Counted from the stretch's first letter, positions 1 to 10,262 are shown. The stretch: 64,000 nucleotides of DNA from Polyangiaceae bacterium (GCA_050287085.1 JBNKBE010000009.1:32001-96000), one strand, 5' to 3'. The notes: generated from the sequence alone by a model not told the origin. A program made the numbers and translations.

Positions 1-579
1 AGGAGGTCCCTCGAACGGCTGGAGCGGAGGAGTACCCCCCAGCTGCTCGTCGTTCAGCGTCTGGATAAGGTGACATCGGGAGTGATGGTGTTTGCTCGTA
101 CGAGCCTGGCAGAGGAAGATCTGGCTGAGCAGTTTCGCTCCCACACCACCGGACGAACCTATCGGGGTGTAGCTCACGGCCAGGTGCGCTCACAGACCTT
201 CAGGGGACGGCTAGTGAAGGACCGCGGTGATGGCTTTCGCGGAGTTACGACTGACGCAAACGAGGGCTATCACGCTGTCACCCATGTTACAGCCAAGGTC
301 GCCTACGAACACTGCACACTCGTTGAATGCCAGCTGGAAACGGGTCGTACCCATCAGATCCGCATCCATCTAGCGGACGCCGGACATCCCCTCGTCGGCG
401 ATCCGCTGTATACCCGTGACTATCGCGGAACTCTGCTCGAGTCGGCCACGACCTTGCTACATGCTGCGACGCTCAGCTTTGCGCATCCAGTGTTTCGGAC
501 GCCTTGCCGCTTCTCAGTCCCCCCCCCTGAGGCCTTCGAAGACTTTCTGAAGGGCCAGCGAGCGCGTTCCAGAGGGTAG
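1..579 (+). CDS. RluA-family pseudouridine synthase (5'-partial, runs off window)
   Basis: Frame 1 is open from base 1 and reads VVQRLDKVTSG (xRLD catalytic motif), then LETGRTHQIRIHL, GHPLVGDPLY and LHAATLSFAHP. Confidence 0.92.
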   Translation, partial: RRSLERLERRSTPQLLVVQRLDKVTSGVMVFARTSLAEEDLAEQFRSHTTGRTYRGVAHGQVRSQTFRGRLVKDRGDGFRGVTTDANEGYHAVTHVTAKVAYEHCTLVECQLETGRTHQIRIHLADAGHPLVGDPLYTRDYRGTLLESATTLLHAATLSFAHPVFRTPCRFSVPPPEAFEDFLKGQRARSRG

Positions 580-924
580 CCTTCCCGATACCGGCCTGTG
601 CGAAGACGGATTCAGCGCGTCGTCGCACCGCCCTTGCGACCGCCGACTCGGCGCCAACTCGGCGTTTTCGCTCGTCCCACGGCCGCAGCGGAACGCACCG
701 AGCCCTCATCCACGCGTACGGCGCTCGAAACGGTCAGATACCTCGATGGCCCTTGCCGCTTTCTCTTCGCGGTCTAGTTGTACGTCCTTGCTGCGACGCA
801 CGGTGGGTGGCTCCGGCATAGATGGCAACAATGACTCAAATGCCCTATGCCGAGAGTCCGTTCAGCGCGCCCACTCCGGGGGAACCGAAACAGTCGGTTC
901 GCGCTTGCCCATGAAGGAGCCACC

Positions 925-2544
925 ATGAAGGCCGACGTTGTTCGTCCGCGTTGCCACGTTCTATGCAAGAACGCCCTGTTCTTGGGAGCCGCCCTCGGCG
1001 TACCCCAGCTTCAGGGCTGCCAGGAGTCCTCCCCGGTGCAGCCAATGACCGTAGCCGAGGGTGGCAGTGCCGGCGCCGGTGGGGCTGCTGGGTCAGGCGG
1101 CTCCACCGCCGGTTCGCCCCCAATCGGAGGCTCGAATTCAGCCAGCGGCGGCGTTCCAACGCAGCCGCCCCCGACAGAAAACCTGGGCGGCACGGACCAG
1201 GCCGGAGGTGAGGCGGCGGGCGGCACTGAATCGAACGCGGCTAGCGGCGCGGCGGGCGCCGCTGCGGCGGGCACCGCTGCGGCCGGCACCGCCGGAAGCG
1301 CAGGCAACACAGCGCTAGACGAGCCCGTGACGCGCGATACCCTGTTCACGATAGAAGCCCACTTGGCGAGCGACGAGGCCGCCACCGCACCCGGCACCGT
1401 GGGCGTGGTGGTCTGGTCGGTGAGCGAAGGCGAGCTCACGGACGGATTCGTCGAGTTTGGCCCAGATGAGAGCTACGGCACTCGCGCGCCGCTTGGCAGC
1501 ACCGACAAGGAGCAGCGAACATTGTTGCTCGGCCTCAAACCGAACAGCGAATACCACTACCGCGTCGTGGTGACGACTGAAGGCGGCAACTTTGCGAGCG
1601 ACGACCGCTCATTGCAGACCAGTGCCGCCGCAAGCGGGGTGAACATAGCGACGTTTGACATCCTGGACGAGAGCGCCCGGGAAGGCGGCTTCATCGTCAC
1701 CTCCTACTGGCGCGGCGAAGGCTCATCGATCGTGTTCATTCTCGACGCAGACGGCGACATCGTATGGTGGTACGATACCGGCGCTAACGGGATCGCTCGC
1801 GCCCGCCTATCCGAAGACGGGCAGACGATGTGGATGATAAGCCCCGACAACAGCGGTGGCCCACTGCAGCGCGTCAGCCTGGACACGTTGGACGCAGAGA
1901 CTTACTCCAATGCCATCGGCTCTCACGATATCACCCCGGTTGAGGGCGACCGGATGGCTTTCCTGGAATACGGAGAAGCCGACTGCAACAGCATTTTCGA
2001 AATCACCCCGAGTGAGGCGCCGCGCGAGATCTTCGAAACTGACGGCCTCTTCGGTGCAGACGCCGCACGGTGTCATGCCAACGCTCTGCGCTATTCGAGC
2101 AAAGAAGATCAGTACACGCTGTCCGACGTCAGCACCGACATCTACATGATCGACCGCGACGGTACGTTGGATTGGAGCCTAGCAGACACGGTGGCGGGTG
2201 GAGTGCAAGCCTGGGGGGGACGCAACCATGGTCACCAGCTCCTCGACGAGAGCATCATCATATTCGCCAATGATGGTGGCAACGGGGCGTCGGCCGTCAT
2301 CGAATACGACCTGGAAGGCAACGAAATCTTCCGCTACGACAGCGGCGAAGCCAGCGCGAATCTCGGAGACGTCCAACGCCTCCCGGAGGGCAATACGCTC
2401 ATAACCTATTCGAACGCCGGAATAATCCACGAGGTCGACGAGAGCGGTACTCCGGTGCTCAAGATAAACAGCGGTGGGCCGTCCTTTGGCTACAGTCTGT
2501 GGCGCAAGACCCTTTACGGGCGGCCGCCGGACCTCGACCTCTAG
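925..2544 (+). CDS. Arylsulfotransferase (ASST)-like beta-propeller lipoprotein with Gly/Ala linker and FN3-like domain
   Basis: AAGGAG RBS before ATG 925; lipobox-like LQGC; LLGLKPNSEYHYRV FN3-like motif; DADGDIVWW, SHD, CHANAL, NHGH, GDVQRLPEGNTLI; paralog of 52013-53671. Confidence 0.7.
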   Translation: MKADVVRPRCHVLCKNALFLGAALGVPQLQGCQESSPVQPMTVAEGGSAGAGGAAGSGGSTAGSPPIGGSNSASGGVPTQPPPTENLGGTDQAGGEAAGGTESNAASGAAGAAAAGTAAAGTAGSAGNTALDEPVTRDTLFTIEAHLASDEAATAPGTVGVVVWSVSEGELTDGFVEFGPDESYGTRAPLGSTDKEQRTLLLGLKPNSEYHYRVVVTTEGGNFASDDRSLQTSAAASGVNIATFDILDESAREGGFIVTSYWRGEGSSIVFILDADGDIVWWYDTGANGIARARLSEDGQTMWMISPDNSGGPLQRVSLDTLDAETYSNAIGSHDITPVEGDRMAFLEYGEADCNSIFEITPSEAPREIFETDGLFGADAARCHANALRYSSKEDQYTLSDVSTDIYMIDRDGTLDWSLADTVAGGVQAWGGRNHGHQLLDESIIIFANDGGNGASAVIEYDLEGNEIFRYDSGEASANLGDVQRLPEGNTLITYSNAGIIHEVDESGTPVLKINSGGPSFGYSLWRKTLYGRPPDLDL

Positions 2545-2608
2545 CTCCCAATTGAGCGCACTGCGGGCGCGCGTCGCGGGGGGCGACAAGGTCTGCCACG
2601 CGCGCCCG

Positions 2609-5600
2609 TCACTGCGGAACCGCGCTCCGCATCGGACAACGATTGGGAGCGGTTCGGCCGCACGTGCCCGCCACAGGACATTCTCCACACTCCACGATAT
2701 CGCCGCAGCCGTCGCCGATTGCGCCGCACTCTGCTTCGACGTCATCACACGTGCGTGGCACACACGCGGCTGGACTGCCGCACCGGAAGGGCATCTGTCC
2801 GCCGCAGACCTCGCCGTCGGGGCAAGCGCCACAGTCGATCGTTTCGCCGCAGCCGTCACCGGCAAGTCCGCACTCGATTCCCTGAGCGCCGCACCCCAGA
2901 GGCTCACACGCGGGTCCCTCAGCGCATCTATTGGGTCCGAGCGCGCCACATAGGAGGCCCTCCGGGCATCCGCCGCAGTCGAGTTGTCCCCCGCAGCCAT
3001 CGCCGATAATACCGCACTGAGCGTCAGCATCGCCGCAGGTGCGCGGAACGCAGCCGCCACAGCGATTGGGCTCGTGTAGTCCGCAGACAGTGTTGTCCGC
3101 GCAGGCCCCGCAATTTCGACTGCCACCGCAGCCGTCGCCCACTAGGCCGCATTCCGCATTCTGCTCTTCGCACGTGAGCGGCACGCACGCTGGCTCGCCG
3201 CACACGTTCGGTACGCCCGCGCCCCCGCAGATCTCGGGCAAAGTGCAGGTATCGCCGCAGTCCAACTCACCGGAGCAACCGTCGCTAATGCGCCCGCACT
3301 CCGCCGCCACCGGGCACTCGGTGAGCGGGACACAACTCTGTTCCACGCACTCGCCCTGACGACAGGCAAAACCTGCCTGACAGTCACCACAGGGGATCAC
3401 GTCGTCGCAACCGTTTGACACGTAGCCACAAACGTCCGCCCCGCAAACGTCACCGGCGAGCAGCGGCTCGCAACTTGCACTGCATCGGTTCGGTTCAGCG
3501 ATGCCGCACTCGCTGCCCAGAGCACAGGAGCCGCACGACAGCAGCTCGCCGCACCCATCCGAGATGGTTCCGCACTCTGCCCCAAGTGACGTGCACGTCG
3601 CTGGCTTGCACTCCGGTTCAGCACATATCCCCCCCGGAGTGCATACAAGCCCACCTCCGCAACCGCCACACGTGATATACCCGCCGCAACCATCAGCAAT
3701 TGCTCCACAGCGACCGCTACACGCGGCGGAGGTCAGTGGAGTGCACTCCGGTGGGGCCGCTTGCTCATTGGAGACGCAGGCGCCCAAATCAAATAGCATA
3801 TAGAGCAGAACCTTCTCCTGCTCGGATAGAGGCCCAGAACAATGCTCCGGGAAGATGGCCGCGGCATAGTCCTTGCCAGCCTCTGACACAACATGGAATC
3901 CGCTGTAGGCAACACGCCCGCAGATGTTTTCTTCTGGTGCCCCATAGGGAGTGTTGAATGAAAACTGCTGCACGGTCGACCCCGCCCAGCCACACTGGTC
4001 GCGTGCTAGGCAAGTGTCGATCTGATTCTTGTCGACGTCGCCAGAATCACAATCCGTCTTGAATGAACACGACCCGCTCCATTGACACTGTGGGTCCAAG
4101 ACACACGCTGACTCGGTCTTAGTATTGCAGTCGTTGACGAACGTGCATGCGTTGTCTCGCCACTCGCAGTTCGGATTCACGCTGCACATCTCGTCCGATA
4201 GCGCCGAGCACGGTCGGCAGAAGTCGCTCGCCCCGGATAGGTCGTCCAGCAATCGGTACACGAACTCTTCTGAGTGGTCGCCCACACTGGATGCCAGATC
4301 GCGAGGGTCGGTGATCTCAAAAGCGTAGCGCCCTTGAGCATCGATGGTGGCCGCTTGTTCGTTGACCGCCCACTGGGCAAAGGCCCCCGCCTTATCGAGG
4401 TTGGCACCGGGTCGCTGAAGCGATATGTAGCCCACGTCGACGCTTTGTGTGCCTAGTCCCGAGATCCAGGTCGCAGCTGAGGAAAGTCCGGTCGACAGCG
4501 GGGTCATCGCGTCATACGCCAGGTTTCCGTTGTCGTAGATCCAGGTGTAGCTCCAATGACTCGCGAATAGTCTTCCCCCCCGATTGACGAACTCACGAAT
4601 ATTGGGGTCGCTCGCGGGATGTTCAACGGCCGTCGACTGGCAGTCGAAGACCACCATATCGTACGAGAACAGTCGATCCAAGTTAGCGTGCAGCTCGGCG
4701 TCGCTGGCCGTGCCGCCCGCCATCTGGGCACCTCCCTGCACGTCCGCCCGATACATGTGAATGCGTGCGACATCAGCCCCGCCGGCGCCCGGCAAAGCGA
4801 ATTCTCCGTCGCTAACCCCCAGCTTGCTGAACACGCATTCCATGGCATCAACGCGCCCGGTCGACACGGCAACGCGGGGAATGTTAGCCCCCAAACCATC
4901 GTTCATCGAGCGCGGCAAGCGTGTCTGCTCGAGGGGCAGCGAAGTTGCGGCACAAGCGGCCGATGACGGCAAGGTGATCCGCTGAGCACGACGCCACTTG
5001 CCCGTCTTGACGACGAGAATGAACTCCTCCTCGACCGGAATGCTGCCCCGAAGAACGAACTGTCCCAACGCATCGGTCGTCGTGCTCACGAGTACGGGAC
5101 CAAGGTCTTGATCTTCACAGCGCTCGCAAGCGGTTGCTGGCTGTCCCCCGACGTCCGGAATTCCCGCGTCCACGCTGGGAAGCGCCGAGAGATCGTCGAC
5201 TTGCAAGATATAGACGAAAGCATTCGGAATACCCACCTGGTTGACCACGTCCTGCGCATGACGACCTGGCGTCTGCACGCGACCGGCAAGCGTCGTGACC
5301 TGCTGCTGACCAAAGCAATTCGGAATTGCGTCGCATAGGGGGCACTCACCTTGGCTGTCGGTTTCGTACGCAGCCAAACAGCGTGCCGGTCCGTTGATAC
5401 CCCCGATGCAGGTTTCCTGCTCTGGGTTGCACCCGATACCTTCTGCTGCGCAGTCAAAAACGTTGCCGCACTCGTCTACAGCAAGCCCACACTCCCACCC
5501 GAGTTCGCGACAGCTGCTGGCCTGAACACAGCCCGCCATGGGGTCGTCACATTGGTAGGCTGCGCCCACACCACACGCCTCACCGGCACCGCAGCCGCCA

Positions 5601-6853
5601 GTCAGGGCGTCACAATCGATCAGCGATGCTGCGTCCGTGCCGCATCCATCGCTCGTCACCCCACACTCCTTGTCGGCGCAAGCCTCCGCTGGTGTCATCG
5701 GTTGGCATCCGTCGATTCGAACACCACATTGGTAAGCCTCGGTTGCGCCGCAGGTTTCCCCACTGGGGCAGCTCCCGCAGTCTATGGTGCCCCCGCAACC
5801 GTCGGTGGTAACCCCACACCCCTTGTCCGCACACGCGTCGGTGGCAGAAAGCGGACTGCAGTCGAGCTCACAGCTCCCTTCCCGGCACGTGGTGCCGGCG
5901 GCACAGGTCCCGCAGCCAACGCTCCCACTGCAACCATCGCTTACAGCGCCGCACTGCTTGTCCTCACAGGCCTGTTGAGCCGTGATAGGCGAGCAGACCT
6001 CGGCCGTGGTGGCACATTCGTTGGCCACGCCCGCGCCCCCACATATTTCGTCATCGGCGCAGCCGAACCCCAGCGCAGAGCAGTCGATGAGGCCCCCGTC
6101 GACCTCCACGCCGCAGCCGTTGGACACGAATCCACAGCGCCCGTCACACGCCTCGGCCGCCGACAAGGGCAAGCAGTCCGGCGGGAGCCCGCACCTGCCG
6201 ACCGTCTCGGCGCCGCACACTTCGTCGGCCAAGCACCCGCCGACCTCCTGATTGCAATCGATAACCTCCCCACAGCCGTTGCCCGCGAAGCCGCACTCAA
6301 CCCCTTGCTCTTCGCAATTGCCAAGCTCAGCCGGACAGCTCTGCGCCGAGAACTCTGGCGCCGGAGCACACTCGAATGGCGTCACCAAGCCACACACCTC
6401 ATCGTCTGCGCACGAGCCGCAATCGATAGTTCCACCGCAACCGTCACCCGCCGCACCACAGGACTTGTCGACACACGCCTCGTCAGGGGTCAGCGGTGCA
6501 CAAAGCTCGCTGGCACTGGCACAACGACTTGGTTTCAAAACGCCACAGAACTGCCCCGCGCCACAGGCTCCACAATCGACAACGCCGCCACAACCGTCCC
6601 CGATGAGGCCACACTCAGCGCGTGCTTGCTCGCATGTCAGCGCTCGGCAGGACGCGGCGGACGCGTCCGCACCGAGCAGCGTGTCGTCCGGTTGCTCCGG
6701 TCCACCGTCGCGTCCCAAGCTGTGCTTTTCCGGATCTCCCGGTGAGTCTACAGCGGGGTTATTGCTACACGCCAGCGGAGCGCAGACAAGACACAACAAG
6801 ACGAGAGAGCGACAAGCGACAAGCAAAGTCGGGCGGCGGCGCACTGAAATCAT
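2609..6853 (-). CDS. Giant Cys-rich repeat lipoprotein with central carboxypeptidase-regulatory-like domain plus an alpha/beta domain
   Basis: Signal peptide with APLAC lipobox after ATG 6853 (alternative start 6907); 16 CGxxx[DN]GCGxxxxCGxC repeats; central non-repetitive region TTTDALGQFVL...IPRVAVSTGRVDAMEC...GGRLFASHW. Confidence 0.85.
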   Translation of the reverse strand: MISVRRRPTLLVACRSLVLLCLVCAPLACSNNPAVDSPGDPEKHSLGRDGGPEQPDDTLLGADASAASCRALTCEQARAECGLIGDGCGGVVDCGACGAGQFCGVLKPSRCASASELCAPLTPDEACVDKSCGAAGDGCGGTIDCGSCADDEVCGLVTPFECAPAPEFSAQSCPAELGNCEEQGVECGFAGNGCGEVIDCNQEVGGCLADEVCGAETVGRCGLPPDCLPLSAAEACDGRCGFVSNGCGVEVDGGLIDCSALGFGCADDEICGGAGVANECATTAEVCSPITAQQACEDKQCGAVSDGCSGSVGCGTCAAGTTCREGSCELDCSPLSATDACADKGCGVTTDGCGGTIDCGSCPSGETCGATEAYQCGVRIDGCQPMTPAEACADKECGVTSDGCGTDAASLIDCDALTGGCGAGEACGVGAAYQCDDPMAGCVQASSCRELGWECGLAVDECGNVFDCAAEGIGCNPEQETCIGGINGPARCLAAYETDSQGECPLCDAIPNCFGQQQVTTLAGRVQTPGRHAQDVVNQVGIPNAFVYILQVDDLSALPSVDAGIPDVGGQPATACERCEDQDLGPVLVSTTTDALGQFVLRGSIPVEEEFILVVKTGKWRRAQRITLPSSAACAATSLPLEQTRLPRSMNDGLGANIPRVAVSTGRVDAMECVFSKLGVSDGEFALPGAGGADVARIHMYRADVQGGAQMAGGTASDAELHANLDRLFSYDMVVFDCQSTAVEHPASDPNIREFVNRGGRLFASHWSYTWIYDNGNLAYDAMTPLSTGLSSAATWISGLGTQSVDVGYISLQRPGANLDKAGAFAQWAVNEQAATIDAQGRYAFEITDPRDLASSVGDHSEEFVYRLLDDLSGASDFCRPCSALSDEMCSVNPNCEWRDNACTFVNDCNTKTESACVLDPQCQWSGSCSFKTDCDSGDVDKNQIDTCLARDQCGWAGSTVQQFSFNTPYGAPEENICGRVAYSGFHVVSEAGKDYAAAIFPEHCSGPLSEQEKVLLYMLFDLGACVSNEQAAPPECTPLTSAACSGRCGAIADGCGGYITCGGCGGGLVCTPGGICAEPECKPATCTSLGAECGTISDGCGELLSCGSCALGSECGIAEPNRCSASCEPLLAGDVCGADVCGYVSNGCDDVIPCGDCQAGFACRQGECVEQSCVPLTECPVAAECGRISDGCSGELDCGDTCTLPEICGGAGVPNVCGEPACVPLTCEEQNAECGLVGDGCGGSRNCGACADNTVCGLHEPNRCGGCVPRTCGDADAQCGIIGDGCGGQLDCGGCPEGLLCGALGPNRCAEGPACEPLGCGAQGIECGLAGDGCGETIDCGACPDGEVCGGQMPFRCGSPAACVPRTCDDVEAECGAIGDGCGDIVECGECPVAGTCGRTAPNRCPMRSAVPQ

Positions 6854-7190
6854 TCTGTACCGAGAACGACAAGAAGCCACCGAAACCAAAGCACAAAAAG
6901 AACTCATGGCGGACCTCCCCGGAGGCTGTCTCAGGACCGAGTGCAAGCCCCTACACGACCGGACATGGCTCCGGGACCCCGAACTCGGTGGGGATGACCC
7001 AGGCTCGCGACGCACCCTCGCGACCGCTCGCCCCCGGCACGACCTGCCTCTTGGCGAAACACCGCAGTCGGACCGCACGACAAAAGTGCTGCATCTCACC
7101 GCCGGATCGCGATAGAAAGAGGAAACTGGGCCGGAACCGACGTATCATGAAGCGGTCGCGCGAGGCGGTTTCACGGGGCGTAGCGAAATA

Positions 7191-8840
7191 GTGTCACAAC
7201 AAGCACCAGTTCGGGTCGGCGACGTTATCGACGGCAAGTATCAAGTGACGCGCATTCTCGGCGCCGGTGGCATGGGTGTGGTCGTGGCCGCCCAGCATCT
7301 GCACCTGGCGCAGCCCGTCGCGCTGAAATTTCTGCTCGAGTCGCTGCTGCAACGGCCCGATCTCGTTGAGAGATTTCTGCGGGAGGCACGCAACTGCGTC
7401 AGCATCAATAGCGAACATGTGGTGCGCGTGATGGACGTCGGCCGCCTCCCCAGTGGGGCGCCTTTCATGGTGATGGAGTTCCTGCAGGGGCAGGACCTCG
7501 AGGCCGAAGTGCAACTGGACGGTGCGTTGGTCCCCGGGCGCGCCGTCGACTACGCCCTACAAGCCTGCGTGGGACTGGCGGAAGCCCACGTTAGACGTCT
7601 CATCCATCGCGATCTGAAGCCGGCCAATCTGTTTCTGACAACGCGAAGCGACGGCTACAAGCTCCTAAAAATACTCGATTTTGGAATCTCGAAGTCGCTC
7701 GCTGGCGGGGCCGACCACGCCTTGACGCAGACCAACCAATCGATGGGCACCCCGTATTACATGTCGCCCGAACAGATCCGCGCGGCAGCTGATGTGGATG
7801 GTAGGACCGACATCTGGTCGCTCGGGGCCATCCTGTACGAGATCATGGCGGGCGCTCCCCCTTTCTCCGCCAATACCGCAGCAGCCGTATGCGCTGCGGT
7901 ATTGGAGTCGTCGCCTCCGCCCCTGACGAGCCTGAGGCCCGACGTCCCCCCGGGGCTTTGGGAGGTCATCGCTTGGTGCTTGCGCAAGCGGCCCGAGGAC
8001 CGCCCTGCCAATGTTGCTGAACTCGCGGCGGCACTGGCTCCCTACGCCCAAGTAGAGCGCAACACCCATCAGCGGGTAGCCCGCATCCTCGGCTACGAAG
8101 CGCCCCCTAGCTCCGCGGCGCCGCACTCGAACGTCGCCAACATGTACGCGGCGGGGAGTGCACCGAATCGCTCGGCTTCCGGCGGCGTGGCGCGCCTCTC
8201 CTCAAGTCAACCCACGGTCGCGGCCGACCCGGCCAGGAGCTGGCCGGCACCCGTGCCGGCCGCGCCATCCCCTGGACTGAGAACGGACGCACCGTTCTCC
8301 CTGACCGACCACACTCGCCCGCCGCCCAGTCGCGGAGGTGCCGTCAAGTGGTTCGCTATCGCCGGCGCGAGCCTCGCATTTCTTGGCGCTCTCGCCTTTG
8401 CGATGACCCGCCTTGGCCGCGAAGAGCCCTCTGGTCCGCAATTGTCGGCAACCCAAGAAGTTCCAAGCCACCCAACGCCCACAAAGCCCCGGGCATTGGC
8501 CGCCGCCGTGGAGCCGGCGCCTGTCGCCGCCGCGAGCGCGCGCCCCGCTCAAGGGGCCGAGACCACGCCTGTGACAGCAGCTCCGACGACGATTGCCCCG
8601 CCTGCCCAGAACGCCCCGGCGACCCCAACTTCGTCGGCCACGCCCGTCTCGGACACGCGGCGGTCCAGGCCAAAGCACCGAATTCAGCGGCAGAAGCCGC
8701 CGGCTCCGCAGCCGAAAGATCCACCTCAGCAGTCCCCAAGCTACCGCTCAACGCCCGAACCCGCTTCGCCTTCCCAGACCACACCCCCGCGACCGGCAGC
8801 CCAGCCCGTCGCGCAGCCTGACCCGCTTGACGGCCTATAG
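7191..8840 (+). CDS. Membrane-anchored Hanks-type Ser/Thr protein kinase
   Basis: GAGGMG, VALK, HRDLKPAN, DFG, GTPYYMSPE, DIWSLG; TM helix WFAIAGASLAFLGALAFAM; Pro-rich tail ending DPLDGL. Confidence 0.96.
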   Translation: MSQQAPVRVGDVIDGKYQVTRILGAGGMGVVVAAQHLHLAQPVALKFLLESLLQRPDLVERFLREARNCVSINSEHVVRVMDVGRLPSGAPFMVMEFLQGQDLEAEVQLDGALVPGRAVDYALQACVGLAEAHVRRLIHRDLKPANLFLTTRSDGYKLLKILDFGISKSLAGGADHALTQTNQSMGTPYYMSPEQIRAAADVDGRTDIWSLGAILYEIMAGAPPFSANTAAAVCAAVLESSPPPLTSLRPDVPPGLWEVIAWCLRKRPEDRPANVAELAAALAPYAQVERNTHQRVARILGYEAPPSSAAPHSNVANMYAAGSAPNRSASGGVARLSSSQPTVAADPARSWPAPVPAAPSPGLRTDAPFSLTDHTRPPPSRGGAVKWFAIAGASLAFLGALAFAMTRLGREEPSGPQLSATQEVPSHPTPTKPRALAAAVEPAPVAAASARPAQGAETTPVTAAPTTIAPPAQNAPATPTSSATPVSDTRRSRPKHRIQRQKPPAPQPKDPPQQSPSYRSTPEPASPSQTTPPRPAAQPVAQPDPLDGL

Positions 8841-8979
8841 CCAGGCACGGCATTCCAGCGGTCTCTCCCTGCCTGCTTGAGGGAGTGCAGCCCTTTCTCC
8901 CATGCCGATCCCGAGATCCCACCGCGATAGCATAGCCCGACGTTGGCTGGCCCGACGCTGGCCACTGCGCGGTATAGCA

Positions 8980-10233
8980 ATGCTGCGCTGCATTGCAGTG
9001 CTGGCGACGACCACCCTCTGGCTGTCTTCCCCGAATCCCGTACTGGCGCAAGACGCCGTGGCGCAGTCACTCTTCGACGAAGGAAAGCGACTCCTGAAGG
9101 CGGGCAAGACGGCTGCCGCTTGTGAGAAATTTGCAGCCAGTGAGGCCGCCAAGGCGAGCACCGGGGCGCTCCTGAACCTGGCATCCTGTCACTTGAAGCT
9201 CGGCAAGACGGCCACGGCATGGGCGGAGTTCAAGCGCGCTATCCCACGAGCCCGTGCCGACGGCAGGCAAGACCGCATCGACTACGCCGAAGAGCAGGTC
9301 GCCGCCTTAGAGCCACTGCTCTCCAGGGTGACCCTGATCGCTCCCGAAGCGTTGACCCGCGTAGACGGATTACAGGTCGCCCTCGATGATGCCGTAGTCC
9401 CCCAGGTATCATTCGGACTCGAGCTGCCCATCGATCCAGGAAGCCACGCCATCCGCGTGTCCGCGTCTCGGCACAAGACTTGGTCGCGAACGTTCACCAT
9501 AACCGGCAATCGGCAACGCGAGACGGTCAGGCTACCGCTTCTGCAACGCCTCAAAGAAACCGTCGCCATCCGCATCGGGCGTTTGCCCGTCGTCAGCGGA
9601 CTCGTTGTGCGTATCGACGGAACGGTGCTCGACGCGGCGGCGCTACGCGATCCCATCGAAGTAGCTCCGGGAACCCATACCATCACCGCTGCAGCCCCGG
9701 ATCACGGTACGTGGAGCAAACGGCTGACGCTTGACGAAGCAGGAGAGAGTCTCTCGGTCGACGTGCCGGACCTGCGCGAAGGACAGACAACCCCGCCCGC
9801 CAGTGGCGATAGCTACCTCGACAGCCACAGCTCCCCCGCTCTCGCCCCCCGCAATGCTAGCCGGCGTCGAGGATCTACCACAAACTACGTCGCCATCGCC
9901 GGACTGGGACTCGCCCTCGTCGGGGCGGGCTCAGCGGCAGGTGGCATCGTGGCGGGTGTGGTCGCTCGCAACCGCGCCCAACAGGCGGTCAGTGGCACCG
10001 ATCTGTGCCCCAGCTACCAATGCTCGGAGCGGGGTTGGGACTACGTGGTGGCGGCCAAGAAAAACGCGCTGCTCGCCGACATCCTAATCCCATCTGGCAG
10101 CGCGCTCTTTGTCGTTGGCGTGGGCATGATGGTGCTCAGCGGTGGCTCCTCCGGCAGTTCGGGGACGCACGAGCTACCCACAGTATACTACGCCGGTGAT
10201 GAGTTCGGAGTGAGCTACGAGACTCAGTTCTAG
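8980..10233 (+). CDS. Secreted TPR + tandem PEGA-like domain protein
   Basis: Signal peptide ending VLA-Q; TPR-like AQSLFDEGKRL...GALLNLASCH; two PEGA-like repeats (IDPGSHAIRVSA, VAPGTHTITAAA); two hydrophobic helices and C-terminal GVSYETQF. Start could be 8902. Confidence 0.8.
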   Translation: MLRCIAVLATTTLWLSSPNPVLAQDAVAQSLFDEGKRLLKAGKTAAACEKFAASEAAKASTGALLNLASCHLKLGKTATAWAEFKRAIPRARADGRQDRIDYAEEQVAALEPLLSRVTLIAPEALTRVDGLQVALDDAVVPQVSFGLELPIDPGSHAIRVSASRHKTWSRTFTITGNRQRETVRLPLLQRLKETVAIRIGRLPVVSGLVVRIDGTVLDAAALRDPIEVAPGTHTITAAAPDHGTWSKRLTLDEAGESLSVDVPDLREGQTTPPASGDSYLDSHSSPALAPRNASRRRGSTTNYVAIAGLGLALVGAGSAAGGIVAGVVARNRAQQAVSGTDLCPSYQCSERGWDYVVAAKKNALLADILIPSGSALFVVGVGMMVLSGGSSGSSGTHELPTVYYAGDEFGVSYETQF

Positions 10234-10262
10234 CCGGCACACATCCAAGAAGGCCCAACCTG

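Noticed and set aside
5351..6745. 464-aa plus-strand ORF
   Set aside because: Antisense shadow of the Cys-rich repeat gene
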